From Zancudomyces culisetae HAW-14-8 (taxonomy: Eukaryota; Fungi; Kickxellomycota), in NCBI GenBank assembly GCA_052426225.1, contig JBNJNM010000015.1:1426001-1490000 (forward strand): DNA of 64,000 bases. The letters run 5' to 3'. Below, piece by piece: positions 25,228 through 35,257 of the stretch; position 1 is the first letter of the stretch, and each line of letters begins with the position of its first letter. The notes beneath the pieces were generated by a model. The model was given only the letters and a program-made list of their open reading frames with translations, did not search any database and was not told the DNA's origin. Both the position numbers and the translations under genes were made by a program.

Positions 25228-28200
25228 TCAGTAGTAGTCCATCATCAAGTTGGTAAACCTCTCAGCAGTATTGGGGTCTTGCCTAGCAGTCTCAATAAGC
25301 ATAAGTAGTTTCTTGATTCCAATTTTCAAACTATTGGTGTTTCCAGCCAAGTCCAACTTGGTTTTTATACCCATATCTTCTGCACCAAACATGCCACCAG
25401 CATCCCTGGCGGAGCGAGTTTGATCATCCTGCAGCGCCGAAATGACGCCCTTTCTGTCTTGCTTATTGGGAAACAGATCTGTTCCTTCCAATACAAGATC
25501 TACACCATTCCAGGAGCGTATTTGAGGCACGAATATCTGGGCATCAAACACACTGGAGAAGCCCATTTCGTCGAGAATGTGCTTTTGATTTGTAGTGGCC
25601 AATACTAACAGACGATGGTTCTTTGGTGGGTGCTTACGTAGTAGGACCAACAGATTTTGTAGAATCGCATTACTGAAACGAGGGCCTATGGAAACATATT
25701 CCAACAATCGCTCGATATCATCAACAACTATTACGCTGGTGGGAGACTTGTACGAATCAGCAAACACCTTGTTGAGCGCGTTGATTTTGCCGTTTTCCGA
25801 ATAGCCAACCATACCTTCGGGTGAAACAAGCTTGCAGAACGGGAATCCACTTTCTATAGCCAAGGTTGCGGCCAAAGCTGTCTTTCCAGACCCTTGGTCA
25901 CCATGTAGCAATACAGAAACAATTGGGAAGTGCTCGCTGTTTCGAACCTGTTCGGTATATAGTTTGCCGTCCTCTAGCAGCTTGCTGACACTCGGATCGT
26001 AAAAAATGATTCCATTCTGTACGCATTGTGACAATTCCTCTTCAGAAGTACCAAATGCAGCTTTGACTTCATTGAGAGCCTCCAGAAAGTCCTCCATAGT
26101 GATCTCCAAGCTATCTAGGTCGGCCTTAATGCCCGTTCCGCTACCCACCTTGATATGCCGATTAAATGCATACGAAGACGCCGATTTAACCAGTCCAGCT
26201 ATTTCCGCACCACTAAAGTTGCGTGTAAGCTTGGCCAACTCTCCAAAATTAACTCTGGTGTCCAAAAGGTTATTTTCACGCATCTTTGACGTATGAATCT
26301 TCAAAATCTGCAGCCGTCCGGCCTCATCTGGCAATCCAACCTCAATCTGAACCTCCAACCGCCCAGGTCTGATCAACGCTTCATCGATCAAGTCCTTTCG
26401 GTTAGTCATTCCAATCAACAATATATTGTTTAACTGGTCAACTCCATCTATTTTCGACAGCAACTGGTTCACTACCGAATCACCAACCCCCGTTCCGTCG
26501 TTCTTTGATCCTCTTTGCTTACATATCGCATCCAACTCGTCAAATATCACTATATGCAACTGACTGTCCTCTCCTTTCTCTTTATACTCCTTCTCTGCTG
26601 GCCCAAACAGCTTTCGAATATTTTCCTCAGACTGCCCAACGTATTTGTTGAGGATTTCTGGTCCATTAACTATAATTGGTTCAACTGCATTCAGCATTTT
26701 TCCGATTTGCCGCGCCATCAATGTCTTTCCCGTTCCGGGTGGTCCAAATAGTAGTATTCCCTTCACATGCTGGATCCCTAGCTTTTCTATAATTTCCGGT
26801 GGAAATATTCGTGACGCAAACGCACGTCGGAATATGTTACTAAACTCTTCATCCAGCCCTCCGATTCCCAGGTCCTCAAACTTGAAATCTGGTTGAATGA
26901 TTTTGCTCGCCGCCCGACTATATCACATAATACCTTGCTGTTAGTAAATCATTACACCATCCTGAATATCTTTAATATATGTTATACGTTGATTTTCAGG
27001 TATTTCTTACTTTTTCTTTGAGCCAACAAGCTGGATTTGTGAATCTGAGGCCCTGGAAAAACAAATCTGCGTGTGAGTGGTAAGAATTCCAAAATCTCTC
27101 ATTTTCCCCCCTGCTCTACCCTCGGGAGCATGGTGAGCACTTACTATATCTTTATCTTTAAGCAGACCCTTGTACTGCATGAGCTCAATATTTGTGACCG
27201 TCCCCTTTAAGTTTACTCCGCGATAATCAAAGACAAATTGCTATTTGGATTTAGTTTATCGTAATTATATATTTATTCTCTATTTTCTGGATTAGCATGC
27301 TTCTCTTGATAGATTATACGCCTTAATACTATCAATTTTGCTTATATTACTATATATATAAAATGCTTACCTGTCCAACAGTAAACACTTGTTCATTAAA
27401 TGCCTATTTCCATACAGTAAACTTTTAATATGATTCCAGAATGTGCTATTAATGCATGTACGAGTTGTTGAGAGAAAAATTACTCAAATATATTTTCACA
27501 AGTATCCATACCTTTAATACAACGTCGCCCAGCTCTTCGGAGAGAATTTTGTCCCTAAATTCCTGAGCCTTCGAAAAAAGACCAATCTAAAAAGTGTCCA
27601 AAAGCGAAATGTTATTTGTTTTCTTAATTATTTGCCAAAATCCTGGAGGAAGGGACTTATAAATTATTATTAGTTGTAATCATGTGGTGTATACCAAGCT
27701 CAAATATATAAATAACTATCAATGTATGTATGTATGTAAAATATTCAGGCTTGTATAGAAATGAAATTTCTTGTCGTTTTATTTACCTCAATATCCATAC
27801 TATCCAAGTAAACATCCTCGTCAATAGCAAGTGGGTCAAACAATTCAACAAGCACATCCTGGTACAAAGAAAGTTGGGCCCATGTTCGATGGATTCTGCT
27901 TGGACCAATAAGCCCTGCATCTAGGTCGTCTGTAGCAACTGCATTAAATATATAATTCTCATTCACTTTGACATATTTGGTTGAAGCTTTAAAGTCTCGG
28001 CTGCTTACTGCTAGCAGGTTTTTGAGTGCTAGTGCCTCGTTGGGACACTTGGAAACTTTAGCACGGATCGGTGGCCTCGTTGATGGGGCGCCACTGCCAG
28101 TGTAGGTGTTTTTGCGTGAAGATGGAACAGTGGATGAGAATGATGGTTGGTGGTATCTCTGTGTTGGAGATGAGGCTGTATTGGATTTTGAATGTTCCAT

Positions 28201-28278
28201 CTCATCGCCTTGGTGTACTCTCGAATATACACCGCTGCCTTGTGCCCCTCCTGGGCCACCGCCTGCTCTGAAACTCAT
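25228..28278 (-). CDS. SEC18: Vesicle-fusing AAA+ ATPase NSF/Sec18; 5 exons (28278-27787, 27586-27512, 27403-27371, 27240-27011, 26917-25228), ~839 aa
   Basis: [23 protein letters not shown]1 Walker [29 protein letters not shown]; D2 [22 protein letters not shown]. All four introns are phase-consistent; includes a 33-nt microexon. Confidence 0.96.
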
Positions 28279-28947
28279 TGTTTGACTTGGTTTAATTTAA
28301 CTTTTTTCTTATGTATTGTTTTGGTTTTTTTGGAATCGAATCTACCACTGTTTTTGCTTTTTTTCTCAAAATAAAGTTATGGAATTTGAATTATTCTTGA
28401 GGAATCTTGGACATTTAATGTTGCATTCGTATCCTAGTTTCTTTTCCAATTCATAAAGTTTATTAGAGATATAAAATTCACAGAGAAAAGCTGTTGAAGA
28501 AATAAAGTTTATAGCTCCAATTAAAAAGTGCTAAATAGACATTGTTTTTTGGACTTGGGACAAATTACATGTGACCCTGAGGAATTCTGCTTCCAGTTGT
28601 ACCATGAAAAAAAAATAAAGCACCACATTCTTCCTCGCTTTGATTCGCAGTCTTCTACTCTTCTTCAATCAACACTACCACCAAAATCAACAATGAAGCA
28701 TGCAATTGTAATGTAAATCTATAGAAACAGCTTTGGAGGCCCAAGTATTTGTTGCCAGAGCGAATAGGCTTATAGCGTTTAATAACATTACTACAAATTT
28801 GCTGAATTTGAAATTTTAATGGGGTAGAAAAAACAAAAAAGCTTTGAAAATCTAAAATGATACGTTTATTGGTTTAACCTGCATTGAATGCAATATGATT
28901 TACCAATGGGGATAAAATAAGGCTAAATCTTGGATAACAAAACAAAA

Positions 28948-31900
28948 CTATGATTTGAAAAAAGGCAGCTTTTTAATAGTTCTTCTTAATCTTGAAGAAT
29001 TGAATTTCTTAGGGTTGGAATCTTGCTCATCATTGTATACATCCACGGAAGGCCGAGTGTTGGTCTTAGTGGTTATGGAAGCAGATGTGGTCGCAATAGT
29101 GACTGCTGGGGATGCGTGGTCAAGGGGGCTGCGAGCAGCATTGGAATGAGAGGTTGAAGAACGAGCAGGAGCCACCTGGTCATCCATGGCAAATTTATAA
29201 AACTTCTTTGAATGGGTGGCGGCATCCGCAGAGCAACTTTCCCTGGGCTCAAGACTAGGTGCAACATCCTCGTTAAAATTTGGGTTGTTGGCCATGTGTA
29301 GATGTTGGATCATGGGCTTTTTGGGTTTGGGTTTGGTTGAGCTGATTGAATTTTTCCTAGAAATGTCAGAACTGTTTCTTGCAGGAGTCAGAATAGACTT
29401 GCTGCGTCCCAAAAAGGATTTGTTGTGTCGAGAGGAGGAATTAGGTGAATGAGAAGGGTGAGAGGGTTGGTTGTTGTGACTTTCAGCCGATTTAACAATG
29501 GGTGTAAATGAAGTAAGATTGGTGGCGCTGCCAATAGGCGAACCGAATGCACCAGGAGTGGGGTTAGCCCCAAGTGTAGATTTTTTGGGATTTTGGGTTC
29601 CTTTTTTGGAGAGAATACTTAGATTTTCGGCTAAGCTCTGACTGGGAGGGTCTGCTGATGTAGAGCTTGTAGCTTTTTTATGTTTTGTAGAATTTGTAGG
29701 TTTTAGTGAGGTTGAGGGTTTTACAGAAGTAGATGAAGTACTGGATTTAGGAGGGGAAAGGGGAAGGGGAAGGGGAGTAGGAGTGGTGGTGGTGGTGGTG
29801 GTAGTAGCATCAACAAGAGCAGTAGTATCAACATCATCTTTACCATGATCATCGCTTGCAGGTAACTGGAAAGCGTTCGTAAGTAAATGGGCTTCCTCTA
29901 ACAAGTTGTCGATCTCAATGGCAGAAGAAGATAGAGGATTATCGTCATGGTCATCGGAAAACAGTTCAGAGCCTAAATTTTTGGAAAATAAAAGGGAGGA
30001 GGAAGCGAGGTCAATATCGTCATTCCCAGCAGCAAGAGACTGTCGAGAATATGACTGGGAGTGGGAACGAGTACTACGAGTGGTTGTACTGGAAATAGGT
30101 GAGAAAGAAATGGGATTAATGCTACCGAGATCGCCATGCTGATAAGGCGTAGAGTCCTCAAGGTCAGATTGATCAGACTCAAAGTTTTGGTAAAGGTCGA
30201 AATCAGCAATAGAAGAACTGCTTTCGTCTTCTGAAATAGCATCATAGCCATAGTTATTGTCATGGATATTGGTGTTTATGCTAATATCAAGATCAGTGCT
30301 TTTTTTGCTCTTGGGCTTGGTGTTGGCCTTGGTGTTGGTAGCTGACTGCGAGTATATTAACTCCTCCTTTACAGTGGTTTCTAAAATAAGAGAAGGTTGC
30401 TCCTCTATAACAGGAAGAGGCAAACCAGAGTGGTATTTATAGTTTACACCATTAGGGTTGGTAGTACTGGGAGATTTTTTTTCTGCTGCCATGGTGGTGT
30501 TACTGGCGGTAGAAATAGTCGGAATATTTCTCCGACCGTCCGTATTATTTTGCAGAGCTGGTTGTGGGTGCGATAGGGGAGACTGAGTTGATGTCTTGAA
30601 ATTAGGTTCAAGGGATGGTGGCTTTTGATACCTCTTATCTCTAGAGATGAAAGTCTTGGTAGTTTTAGCTAACAGCAGTTTCTTCAGCGAATCGTTTAGT
30701 TTTAAATCGGGCATAGCACTTGGTCTTCTATGTGGTTCCACAGCTGAACCCGAAGGTATAAGGGGATTTTGACGCTTTAAAATGGTGGTGTTTTGCACTT
30801 CCAATTTGTTTACTAGCTCCAGTGCCTGTTCATATTTCGCCTTTTCTTTGTTTTCGGCGCGCTTCTGGATTCGTTGTAGAGCCGAGTTGTACATCTCCAT
30901 ATTCTTCAACATTGCATCTAATTGCTGCTGATTTGAACTGCTATACACCTCGTTCTTTTTCACCGGCTTTACTTGAATTTCTCTGCTTGCTCCAGGACCA
31001 TACAAATTCCCAAAGCCGCTAAACTTACCAACTTCTTTCACAGCCGTTCCTCTTTCCACACGGCGACTCTCGGAGCCGTTTGTGTTTTGTCCAAGTTTTG
31101 ATGGACCCAAAGCTGGCATAGTATCATTTGATGGGAAGAATGATTGAATCATTCCATCTTGAGTATGTAACAACGCGCGTGATAACCGCTTGTTGTACCG
31201 TGACTTCGACTCCATCACAACTTTGTTATATTCATCCATTTTCTTTAGCAAGCTCTGGAATTCATCAGGGGTCGATTCGCCCTCTATTTCTTTGATTAGC
31301 CGTTCGTTTCCACTGATGTCGGTGCTTACAGGAACAATTTTTTGTAGCTTGTTTTCACGAGCAGCAATGCTGTTAGTACTGTTTCTGCTACTACTGCTGC
31401 TGTTGTGTTTATCTGTACTCCTGCCACTACTGCTGTTGCTGTAGGTATTATTACCAGTGGGTGAAAGTGACAAAACACTGTGACTTGATTGCTCCAACAT
31501 GTTGTTATACTCCTCCATTTTTCTCAGTATTTCTTCCATATCAACATCATCTGTATCTGCTTTTGATTCGTCCTGTTGTTGCTGCTCAAGTTGCTTTGTT
31601 TGTTCCCCGCCCAGTTTTCTAATATCTGTGCACTCTTTATCCGGTTGATCAAAAGTGGAATTTTCTTCGGCAATCGTACTTTGACTACTACCCATGTTCC
31701 CATATTGGCCATTAGCGTACCGCCCGCTAAAACTCGTTTTTTTTAGACCACTAATACCTGTACTAGAATTAGAATTAGCATTCAATATTGGTCTTTTACC
31801 TATGGTTGGACTAAGAGGACCCTTGCTTTGTTGAATAATTGACCGTCTATGGTGCTCAGCAAAAGTTCGTTTTGCGATAATAAAGTCATCGTCGAAAATT

Positions 31901-34900
31901 CCTGTCAGTGGGCGTGTTGGATCCAAATCTGCTGAGGCTAGAACCATATCCAGTGCTGTGTTCAGCATAAAATACTTTGAAACCACATCTTTGTTGTTTC
32001 TATTTGTCTTTTCCGCCTTTCTGGGCCTAGGAATTGGTTTGTTGAATATTTCTGGCACTTCGGACGCCATCAACTCACCAATCGTTTTAGTCTCTTCTGT
32101 CACACCTTCTTTCTCTGGTTCCCCTTGCTTCTTTTCCATACCACTTCTCAATTGTGCTGGAATCAGTATCTCTTCTTCTATGCCATATTTTTCCCCTTTT
32201 GTTTCGGCCAAACTTGCTTCTTGTTGTATCAACTCTATCTCTATACCAGCGGATATTTCATCTTTTTTCGTTTTGTCACTTTCTCTAGTGGTCGCCGAAT
32301 CCAACAGGTTTTTTTCCATTCGCTTGGTATACACTACACTCTCGTTGTTTGCATTCTTATTCTCAATAATATTGTCGCCACCATCTACAAAATTCCTTCT
32401 TTCTACATTCTTGTCGTTGAAAGTATTCTTTAACGTTTCTGGTTCTGGCTCTGTTACTGGCTCTTCCAAGGACGCATTAAGTACGCCATCAGTAGCATGC
32501 TTCACAATAACATCACCATTATCCTCCTCAACACTATCCTGGAACTGTTGCTTCTCATCACTTTTGCTCTGATCGCGTTCGTTGTCCTGAACCTCTGGTG
32601 CGAGAACGAGCTTGCCTATATCATCTTGATTTTTTTCTGTTACAACTACACATACCTCCTCTAGTTCGTGCATCTCGTATTTTTCATGTACACCTTCTGG
32701 CTTATGTATCTTTTCATGTATTTTTTCATTTTCGCTGGCAGCTTGTTTAACCGTATCTTTGGATTCTGCCTCAAAATTTTTTTTGACCGCTACTTGGCGT
32801 TGCATAATTTCCACTGTTTCGTCACCTCCCAGCTCCTCACGCACAGAATTTTCTGCTTCACATTTTGCCTTGTCAGAGTTCTCTTGCAACTCATAGACCT
32901 CCTGGTTGTTTTCTTTAGTATTCTCTTTCACAAGTACAATTGCTTCCCTCTCTTTGTTCTCCTCTTCCACCACCACCATCACCTCCTCCTCCTCCTCCTC
33001 CTCCTCCTCCTCCCCCTTCTTCTCTTTTGTGAAGCTTACACTTTTCATGAATAGTTCATCATCGACAGTAATTTCAGGAATGGATTCTTCAGACCTCTCG
33101 TCTTGTTCTTGATCCTCCACTTGATTCGTACTATCTTGATAATTCACGCTTCGGTCCTCATCAACCTCGTCATTATCTACCAATACCTTTAGAAATTCCT
33201 CTGCTGTATACATATCTTCAACCTCTCTCTCGTATTCATTGTTATTATGCTGTCTTTGTTCACTGTGCTTTTTCCTCTTATGTGTAGATTTTCTTCTGAC
33301 GGATCCAAACACGCTCCTCTTGGCAGAATCACTTATCATCTCTTTCAGAATTTTTGCATCCTGGCTATAGGTGTCATCTTTATCCATTTTCCACTTCTCG
33401 TCATCTATTTGACTCATTTCTACTGTTTCGCTCACATTCTCGTCCTTGACTGACTCAGCTGCCAGTTGTTGATCTTTCTGTTCTTCTTTGCATTGTATTT
33501 CTTCATTACTCCTGAACTCTACTCCTGAATCAAAGTCCTCTTTACTGCTGGTTGTGTACACATTATCCTCTTCATACAGATGCTGCTGCTTTTGTGTCCT
33601 TTTCTCATTCAATTCCAATCTAGATTTGGCTTTAAATTTACCTCTTTGCCTCTTTTCACGAGATTCAGTAGCTTCATTTCGTTTTTTATAAAACTTATTG
33701 AGACCTATTCGCTCATCACTGACATTTCCTTGTACATCTTGGCTTTTTCCCTTTGCTAGTATCGTTGAAACCAACATTTCAGCAACATTTTCCCGTATTT
33801 TCTTAACACTAGCCCTCTCCCTAGGATCCTCTCTTAGCATCAGTTGAAAAAGATTTATAAACCCCTTAGAATAGCCTGATTCTTTGGGGATTACATATTG
33901 TGCGTTTAATATCTCGAATTCTGATATTCCCTGAAATGGTGATTTTCCGAAACTCATACCATATAGTAACGTCCCTAACAGCCAAACATCCGCTTGTTTT
34001 CCTATTTGTACGCTACTATCTCTATTGACCAGTTCTGGTGGGCAGTACTCCAGCGGAAGAAATGTTCTAACCCTGTCCTTGAACTGCTGGAGTTCTTCAA
34101 AGCTCATTATAGCTTCACATTCCTCACTGGTCTTGACGTTTCCGAGTCCTGCAAGCACATAATTACCATTCCCTACTTCAAATATGTTACCTGTGATCAA
34201 ATTAATGTGAATCAACGCTGGCGAAAGATCATGCATATATTCCAAAATCTCACAAATCTTTTGAAAGTTCTCCAATATTTCGACCTCTTTATTTTCAATA
34301 GAGTCTTTACTACCCACCCTCTCCAATTTTCCACTTCCCTCATAATATTCAAGTATTATATATGCACTTTTTCCTTCCATCTCTACAGAATTTAATTGCG
34401 CAAACCGTGGATTGTTTTTAAAAAGGTTCAGATATTTAATCTCGTTTTCAAGCCTTTCTTGTGAAACACTGTCTATAACATTTGTATGCTTCAGCACGTA
34501 TTTCCGCTTTTCTTCTATTGCTGTCACTAAATATACAGTAGAAAGTAGTCCCTCACTTATTTTTTCATTTATACAGTAGACTACTCCGCTCACTGTCAGC
34601 TTTTCTCCGGTTGAAAACACCCTTGTTGGTGGAAAATATGCTACTTTTTCCTTTTTTTGCACCAGCTCTATTGACTTATTCTTCGCTTCATTAAGTTTTC
34701 GTATACTACCTTGTTCCCTCCTAGTATACGGGTTTCTTTTTTCGTATAAATTTACATTCTCGGTTCTATTACCTCCGCTATAGAATATTTGTGCGCCTTC
34801 TACATTCGCTGCATATTTGTTTATCCGATTCTTTACTTGGTATATTGGCGATTTGTTTGGTGCAGAAAATGTTGTTTGTTTAAATTGTTTTGCTGCCGCT

Positions 34901-35007
34901 GCCTGATTCAAATTCTCTATCCTAGCAACAACTTTTGAATCCCATTTGAATTTTCTTCTAGTATTATCGTTCTCATTAGTTTTATCCTCCTCCTTTCCTG
35001 GGGCCAT
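28948..35007 (-). CDS. 2019-aa single-exon protein with an N-terminal NAK-family (Ark1/Prk1/AAK1-like) kinase-fold domain lacking catalytic residues, then long acidic and Ser/Thr/Pro-rich regions
   Basis: Residues ~130-410 align by eye with Ark1/Prk1 subdomains (ISEGLLSTVYLV, VLK, ENEI, ILEY, MHDLSPALIH, YCPPEL, ADVWLLGTLLY..SFGKSPF, MLREDPRER). Uninterrupted 6-kb ORF. Confidence 0.85.
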   Translation of the reverse strand: MAPGKEEDKTNENDNTRRKFKWDSKVVARIENLNQAAAAKQFKQTTFSAPNKSPIYQVKNRINKYAANVEGAQIFYSGGNRTENVNLYEKRNPYTRREQGSIRKLNEAKNKSIELVQKKEKVAYFPPTRVFSTGEKLTVSGVVYCINEKISEGLLSTVYLVTAIEEKRKYVLKHTNVIDSVSQERLENEIKYLNLFKNNPRFAQLNSVEMEGKSAYIILEYYEGSGKLERVGSKDSIENKEVEILENFQKICEILEYMHDLSPALIHINLITGNIFEVGNGNYVLAGLGNVKTSEECEAIMSFEELQQFKDRVRTFLPLEYCPPELVNRDSSVQIGKQADVWLLGTLLYGMSFGKSPFQGISEFEILNAQYVIPKESGYSKGFINLFQLMLREDPRERASVKKIRENVAEMLVSTILAKGKSQDVQGNVSDERIGLNKFYKKRNEATESREKRQRGKFKAKSRLELNEKRTQKQQHLYEEDNVYTTSSKEDFDSGVEFRSNEEIQCKEEQKDQQLAAESVKDENVSETVEMSQIDDEKWKMDKDDTYSQDAKILKEMISDSAKRSVFGSVRRKSTHKRKKHSEQRQHNNNEYEREVEDMYTAEEFLKVLVDNDEVDEDRSVNYQDSTNQVEDQEQDERSEESIPEITVDDELFMKSVSFTKEKKGEEEEEEEEEEVMVVVEEENKEREAIVLVKENTKENNQEVYELQENSDKAKCEAENSVREELGGDETVEIMQRQVAVKKNFEAESKDTVKQAASENEKIHEKIHKPEGVHEKYEMHELEEVCVVVTEKNQDDIGKLVLAPEVQDNERDQSKSDEKQQFQDSVEEDNGDVIVKHATDGVLNASLEEPVTEPEPETLKNTFNDKNVERRNFVDGGDNIIENKNANNESVVYTKRMEKNLLDSATTRESDKTKKDEISAGIEIELIQQEASLAETKGEKYGIEEEILIPAQLRSGMEKKQGEPEKEGVTEETKTIGELMASEVPEIFNKPIPRPRKAEKTNRNNKDVVSKYFMLNTALDMVLASADLDPTRPLTGIFDDDFIIAKRTFAEHHRRSIIQQSKGPLSPTIGKRPILNANSNSSTGISGLKKTSFSGRYANGQYGNMGSSQSTIAEENSTFDQPDKECTDIRKLGGEQTKQLEQQQQDESKADTDDVDMEEILRKMEEYNNMLEQSSHSVLSLSPTGNNTYSNSSSGRSTDKHNSSSSSRNSTNSIAARENKLQKIVPVSTDISGNERLIKEIEGESTPDEFQSLLKKMDEYNKVVMESKSRYNKRLSRALLHTQDGMIQSFFPSNDTMPALGPSKLGQNTNGSESRRVERGTAVKEVGKFSGFGNLYGPGASREIQVKPVKKNEVYSSSNQQQLDAMLKNMEMYNSALQRIQKRAENKEKAKYEQALELVNKLEVQNTTILKRQNPLIPSGSAVEPHRRPSAMPDLKLNDSLKKLLLAKTTKTFISRDKRYQKPPSLEPNFKTSTQSPLSHPQPALQNNTDGRRNIPTISTASNTTMAAEKKSPSTTNPNGVNYKYHSGLPLPVIEEQPSLILETTVKEELIYSQSATNTKANTKPKSKKSTDLDISINTNIHDNNYGYDAISEDESSSSIADFDLYQNFESDQSDLEDSTPYQHGDLGSINPISFSPISSTTTRSTRSHSQSYSRQSLAAGNDDIDLASSSLLFSKNLGSELFSDDHDDNPLSSSAIEIDNLLEEAHLLTNAFQLPASDDHGKDDVDTTALVDATTTTTTTTPTPLPLPLSPPKSSTSSTSVKPSTSLKPTNSTKHKKATSSTSADPPSQSLAENLSILSKKGTQNPKKSTLGANPTPGAFGSPIGSATNLTSFTPIVKSAESHNNQPSHPSHSPNSSSRHNKSFLGRSKSILTPARNSSDISRKNSISSTKPKPKKPMIQHLHMANNPNFNEDVAPSLEPRESCSADAATHSKKFYKFAMDDQVAPARSSTSHSNAARSPLDHASPAVTIATTSASITTKTNTRPSVDVYNDEQDSNPKKFNSSRLRRTIKKLPFFKS

Positions 35008-35213
35008 CGTTTACTATAACACTATTACTGCTTATTGTACACTGGTTACTACACAACTATGTTGGTATCTATGCTCTTCTTAACTTATATATATGTGTAT
35101 ATATTATGTGGTCTTGTTTGGTATCGTTCATTAACTGAAACACACACTATACTATACTCTCACTATTCTATGTCTACTTTCCAACTACTCTTTATTTGAT
35201 TATAATCCCTTCA

Positions 35214-35257
35214 CTTTCCTTTTCCTTTTCCTTTTCCTTTTCCTTTTCCTTTTCCTT
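35214..35257. repeat. (CTTTTC)n microsatellite upstream of the pseudokinase
   Basis: Directly visible, ~7 units. Confidence 0.9.
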
